This document shows positions 48,178-51,558 of a DNA stretch of 51,558 bases, piece after piece. The notes below the pieces were generated by a model, which worked only from the letters and a program-made list of their open reading frames with translations, searched no databases and was not told the DNA's origin. The number at the start of each line of letters is the position of its first letter. The stretch's first letter is position 1. Source of the DNA: an uncultured Pseudomonadales bacterium (GTDB lineage Bacteria > Patescibacteriota > Microgenomatia > UBA1400 > CAYXSR01); the NCBI GenBank assembly GCA_964430265.1, contig CAYSEI010000002.1:207209-258766 (forward strand). The letters are read 5' to 3'. A program made the translations under genes and the position numbers.

Positions 48178-50169
48178 TTAACTTTCTAATTCTCGGATTT
48201 TATCTCTAATTGAGGCAGCGACTTCAAATTCGAGGTTTCTAGCAGCCAAACGCATTTTTCTTTTAAGCTTGGGGATCATGTCTTTTTTTTCGCGGGGTGT
48301 TAATGCATTAACATCTATTTGGGATATTTTTTTCTCCTCGAGTTCTTTTTGTCTGATAACTAGATTTTTACGAATGGGTTTTTTAATTGTTTTGGGTGTG
48401 ATATTGTGTTCTTTGTTGTAGTCCAACTGGATCTGTCTTCTTCTTCTGACCTCTTCAATTGCATTCTGCATTGCCGGGCTTCTTTCATCGGCATACATAA
48501 TTACTAATCCGGCGCGGTTCCTAGCGGCCCTACCCATTGTTTGGATTAAAGATGTTTTTGAACGTAAAAATCCTTGCTGGTCAGCATCAAGAATTGCTAC
48601 CAAAGAAACTTCAGGAAGGTCAAGGCCTTCTCTTAAAAGATTAATCCCCACAACTACATCAAATTCACCTTTCCTTAAATCAGATAAGATTTCTGTTCTT
48701 TCTAAAGTGTCAATTTCAGAGTGTAAATACTGTACCTTAATTTCTTTATTGTTAGTATTCTTTTTGTCAGCCAAATATTTTGCTAAAGCTTCTGCAAGCT
48801 TTTTAGTCAAAGTGGTAACCAAAACTCTTTCGCCTTGTTTTTTGCGTTTTAAAATTTCATCAATCAGATCCGGGATTTGTTTTTCTGTGGGTCTAACTTC
48901 AATTTTCGGATCAATCAGGCCAGTGGGTCTAATAATCTGCTCAACAATTTTATCGCCGGCTTTTTGCTTTTCCCAGTCAGCAGGTGTTGCAGAGACATAG
49001 ATAGTTTGTACCACCTTGTTTTGAAACTCATTAAATTTTAACGGCCGGTTGTCTAAACATGAAGGCAGCCTGAAGCCGAATTCAATTAAATTTTTTTTCC
49101 TTGCCCGGTCGCCTCTATACATTCCCTTTATCTGGGGGACAGTGATGTGTGACTCGTCAATTACAGTTAAAAAGTCATTATTGCTAACGTGTTTAAAATA
49201 GTCAATCAAGGTGTTAGGCGGATCACCCGGTCCGCGGTCGTCAAAATACCGGGAATAGTTTTCAATACCATTTACATAACCCACTTCTTTTATCATTTCC
49301 AGGTCATAATTAACCCGCTGCTCAAGACGATGGGCTTCAAATTCTTTGCCTTGTTTTTTCAGTTGTTTTAAACGGATTTGTAAATCATGGCGGATCTGAT
49401 TAAAAACATCTTGCAGGTTTTCGTCTTTGGTTAAATAGTGTTTGGCTGGGTAGAGTAGGAATTGTTCAAGTTTTTTCCTTTTACCGGAAAACTGTTCCCG
49501 GATGTTTATTTTTTCAATTTGACCGTTTTTAAAATACACTGCTAAAATTTTGTCCTGGTAAGCCGGAAAAACCTCAACTTTGTTCCCCCGTACCCGGAAT
49601 TGGCCTCTATTCAAATCCATATTAGAACGGATGTAATGGATGTGAACAAGCTTGTATAAAAAATCCTCCTGGGACATTTTTTCATTCTTTTTGAGTTCAA
49701 CAACATATTTACGGTATTCAGTAGGTGATCCCAGATTATAGATACTGGAAACAGATGCAATAATAATCACATCATCTCTTGAAAACAAAGAACTGGTGGC
49801 TTGCAAACGGAGTTTGTCAATCTCTTCATTAATATCTGTCTCTTTGGCAATATATGTATCAGTTTGTGGGATATATGATTCGGGGATATAGTAGTCATAG
49901 TATGAAACAAAATATCCGACTGAATTATTAGGAAATAGTTCTTTAAATTCTTGGTAAAGCTGGGCAGCCAAGGTTTTGTTATGTGAGATAACTAATGTAG
50001 GTTTTTGTACATTTTCAATTACATTGGCAATAGTAAAAGTTTTTCCTGAACCGGTTACTCCTAAAAGTACAGAATGAGGTTCCCGCTTTTTTGTCCAACG
50101 GGTTATTTTTTCTATTGCTTTAGGTTGGTCGCCCTCGGGTTTAAAGGGGGAATGAAGCTTGAATTTCAT
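48178..50169 (-). CDS. uvrB: excinuclease ABC subunit B
   Basis: GDQP, GVTGSGKT, YFVSYYDYY, DESH, SATP, LREGLDLPEV, QTMGRAAR, UVR domain. Confidence 0.98.
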   Translation of the reverse strand: MKFKLHSPFKPEGDQPKAIEKITRWTKKREPHSVLLGVTGSGKTFTIANVIENVQKPTLVISHNKTLAAQLYQEFKELFPNNSVGYFVSYYDYYIPESYIPQTDTYIAKETDINEEIDKLRLQATSSLFSRDDVIIIASVSSIYNLGSPTEYRKYVVELKKNEKMSQEDFLYKLVHIHYIRSNMDLNRGQFRVRGNKVEVFPAYQDKILAVYFKNGQIEKINIREQFSGKRKKLEQFLLYPAKHYLTKDENLQDVFNQIRHDLQIRLKQLKKQGKEFEAHRLEQRVNYDLEMIKEVGYVNGIENYSRYFDDRGPGDPPNTLIDYFKHVSNNDFLTVIDESHITVPQIKGMYRGDRARKKNLIEFGFRLPSCLDNRPLKFNEFQNKVVQTIYVSATPADWEKQKAGDKIVEQIIRPTGLIDPKIEVRPTEKQIPDLIDEILKRKKQGERVLVTTLTKKLAEALAKYLADKKNTNNKEIKVQYLHSEIDTLERTEILSDLRKGEFDVVVGINLLREGLDLPEVSLVAILDADQQGFLRSKTSLIQTMGRAARNRAGLVIMYADERSPAMQNAIEEVRRRRQIQLDYNKEHNITPKTIKKPIRKNLVIRQKELEEKKISQIDVNALTPREKKDMIPKLKRKMRLAARNLEFEVAASIRDKIRELES

Positions 50170-50214
50170 GAGATCCTATTATATCACGAAAGATTTTAAT
50201 TAATGTTAAAATCT

Positions 50215-50418
50215 TTATTCAAAGATAGATACGTCAGCAGAATCCAAAGGATCGTTTGTATATTTAGGAGTATGTTCTAATCCAGGATTAATTTCTTCTG
50301 AGATAACAGTATATTCTCCACTTATAAAAAATCCTTCAAAAGGGATATATACTTCCACGTCACCTTTTTCTCCTACTTTTTTTCTTGTAACTGGAACTCG
50401 TTCTATATCAACAGGCAT
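50215..50418 (-). CDS. small acidic hypothetical protein
   Basis: 67 aa ORF filling the gap between uvrB and the NUDIX gene. Confidence 0.5.
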   Translation of the reverse strand: MPVDIERVPVTRKKVGEKGDVEVYIPFEGFFISGEYTVISEEINPGLEHTPKYTNDPLDSADVSIFE

Positions 50419-50491
50419 ATGAGTATATAATAAATGATTATAGTGCTAATTATTATATAAAAGGTATAAAAAAAGTCAAATTTGATAAAAT

Positions 50492-51034
50492 ATGTTTGTG
50501 AACGAAAAACTAAAAAAACAAATTAAAATAATTCTGCAAAATCCTTATCTTGAAAATAAAACAGTAAAGAAGTTTGCAAAAAGACTGGCAGAAGGTGGAC
50601 TAACAAGACAAGAAAACACAGTTTCTCATTTTTGTGTTTTCTTTTTGCCTTTTTCACAAACAACAAAAAGAATTTTTATTGGTGATCATATTAAGGCAGG
50701 CACTTGGATATCTCCTGGCGGGCATATTGATAATGGGGAAGTGCCAGAAGAAACCGTAATCCGTGAATTTAAAGAGGAACTAAAAATTGAAATTGATAAA
50801 GAACAAATACAAGGGCCTTTTTGCTTGACAATAAAAGAAATTGATAATCCCAGGCATCCTTGCAAAAAGCATTTTGATATCTGGTACTTGATTAAGATAG
50901 ATGAAACAGATTTTGATTATTCTAAAAAGGAGTTTAAGCAAGCAAAATGGGTATCTATTGAAGAAGCAGAAAAAATAATAACGGATCAGACAAACATCAA
51001 AGCTTTACAGATACTAAAAAAAATGAAAAAATAG
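50492..51034 (+). CDS. NUDIX hydrolase
   Basis: PGGHIDNGEVPEETVIREFKEEL Nudix box; HFDIWY. Confidence 0.92.
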   Translation: MFVNEKLKKQIKIILQNPYLENKTVKKFAKRLAEGGLTRQENTVSHFCVFFLPFSQTTKRIFIGDHIKAGTWISPGGHIDNGEVPEETVIREFKEELKIEIDKEQIQGPFCLTIKEIDNPRHPCKKHFDIWYLIKIDETDFDYSKKEFKQAKWVSIEEAEKIITDQTNIKALQILKKMKK

Positions 51035-51067
51035 CTAGGATATGATATATTTATAGTGTTAAAACCT

Positions 51068-51140
51068 GGCCCCATCGTCTAATGGTTTAGGACACTACTC
51101 TCTCAAGGTAGAAATACGGGTTCGATTCCCGTTGGGGTCA
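51068..51140 (+). tRNA. tRNA-Glu (CTC)
   Basis: GGCCCCA/TGGGGTC acceptor stem, CTACT-CTCTCAA-GGTAG anticodon arm, TTCGATT T-loop. Confidence 0.96.
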
Positions 51141-51143
51141 CGA

Positions 51144-51180
51144 TACAAAAAGACAAGCTTTATGCCTGTCTTTTTTTGTA
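51144..51180 (+). terminator. probable intrinsic terminator after tRNA-Glu
   Basis: AAAAAGACA..GC / GC.TGTC followed by a T7 tract. Confidence 0.65.
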
Positions 51181-51298
51181 GTATGTTCTCATGGATCTGG
51201 ATAGAGAAACGGTGGTTCTGCCTTAGAGTGCGTAGCCTGTAAAGAGGCTAAACACCCGAGTAATACTGGGAACAAAACTGAAAGTTTTGTGAGCAGTG

Positions 51299-51314
51299 GA
51301 TTCCCGTGGGTCAC
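51299..51314 (+). repeat. degenerate copy of the tRNA-Glu 3' end (att-like)
   Basis: GATTCCCGT-GGG-TCAC versus GATTCCCGTTGGGGTCAC at 51124-51141. Confidence 0.7.
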
Positions 51315-51364
51315 AATCTAACCATTATTTATAATAAAAATAAAATTTGATATCCTTATAATTC

Positions 51365-51558
51365 ATGAAAAGATGGTTGTCTGAAAAACAAATAGTGCTC
51401 ATTGCCAAAGCTCTGGCTATCATAGCCGTAGTTGTACTACACATCCTTTCTCTTTTCGACGATTCAATTTATTTAAATTTTCCTTATAAGCATTTATCTA
51501 TTACTCTCAATCAATCCCTACGATTCAGCGTTCCACTCTTCTTATCCTTATCCGGCTT
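51365..51558 (+). CDS. partial acyltransferase_3 family membrane protein (runs off window end)
   Basis: Manual translation: KALAIIAVVVLH ... RFSVPLFLSLSG. Confidence 0.8.
   Translation, partial: MKRWLSEKQIVLIAKALAIIAVVVLHILSLFDDSIYLNFPYKHLSITLNQSLRFSVPLFLSLSG

Noticed and set aside
1311-49371. Many 60-236 aa ORFs antisense to or nested in identified genes (e.g. 1311-1637, 8771-9148, 26786-27223, 34473-35099, 38402-39112, 47710-47985)
   Set aside because: Shadow frames of well-supported genes, with no motifs or initiation signals
50441-50449. Second CIRCE (TAGTGCTAA)
   Set aside because: Right half-site only; no TTAGCACTC at the required spacing
1-51558. Alternative genetic code (TGA as Gly or Trp)
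   Set aside because: Conserved genes are full length under code 11, and several end at TGA in ATGA overlaps
1-51558. CRISPR array, rRNA, transposase, integrase or reverse transcriptase
   Set aside because: No regularly spaced repeats and no such genes or motifs seen

Overview
AT-rich bacterial chromosomal window read with the standard genetic code (TGA is used as stop). Gene content suggests a CPR/Patescibacteria, probably Microgenomates-like, genome; this is an inference from the archaeal-type TpiA, short ProRS, HhH-less UvrC, apparently leaderless genes and large Ig-like surface proteins. Housekeeping content: zwf, a four-subunit 2-oxoacid:ferredoxin oxidoreductase plus sucCD operon, polX with a stand-alone LigD phosphoesterase, era, tpiA, dtd, lon with a CIRCE-overlapped promoter, uvrA/B/C, proS, and three tRNAs (Gln-CTG, Phe-GAA, Glu-CTC). 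A decayed island lies at the 3' end of tRNA-Gln, including an ImmA/IrrE-like frame that the ORF track misses. The most unusual feature is a self-contained ~1.07 kb minus-strand unit at 47073-48147. In order it has a sigma70 promoter, a hairpin plus boxA-like motif, a long leader hairpin, two translationally coupled small membrane-protein genes, a ~170 nt multi-stem trailer and a terminator. A 20-bp leader/trailer inverted repeat can close the whole transcript, much like an rRNA processing stalk or a type I toxin mRNA. All family calls come from visual motif recognition, with no database searches.
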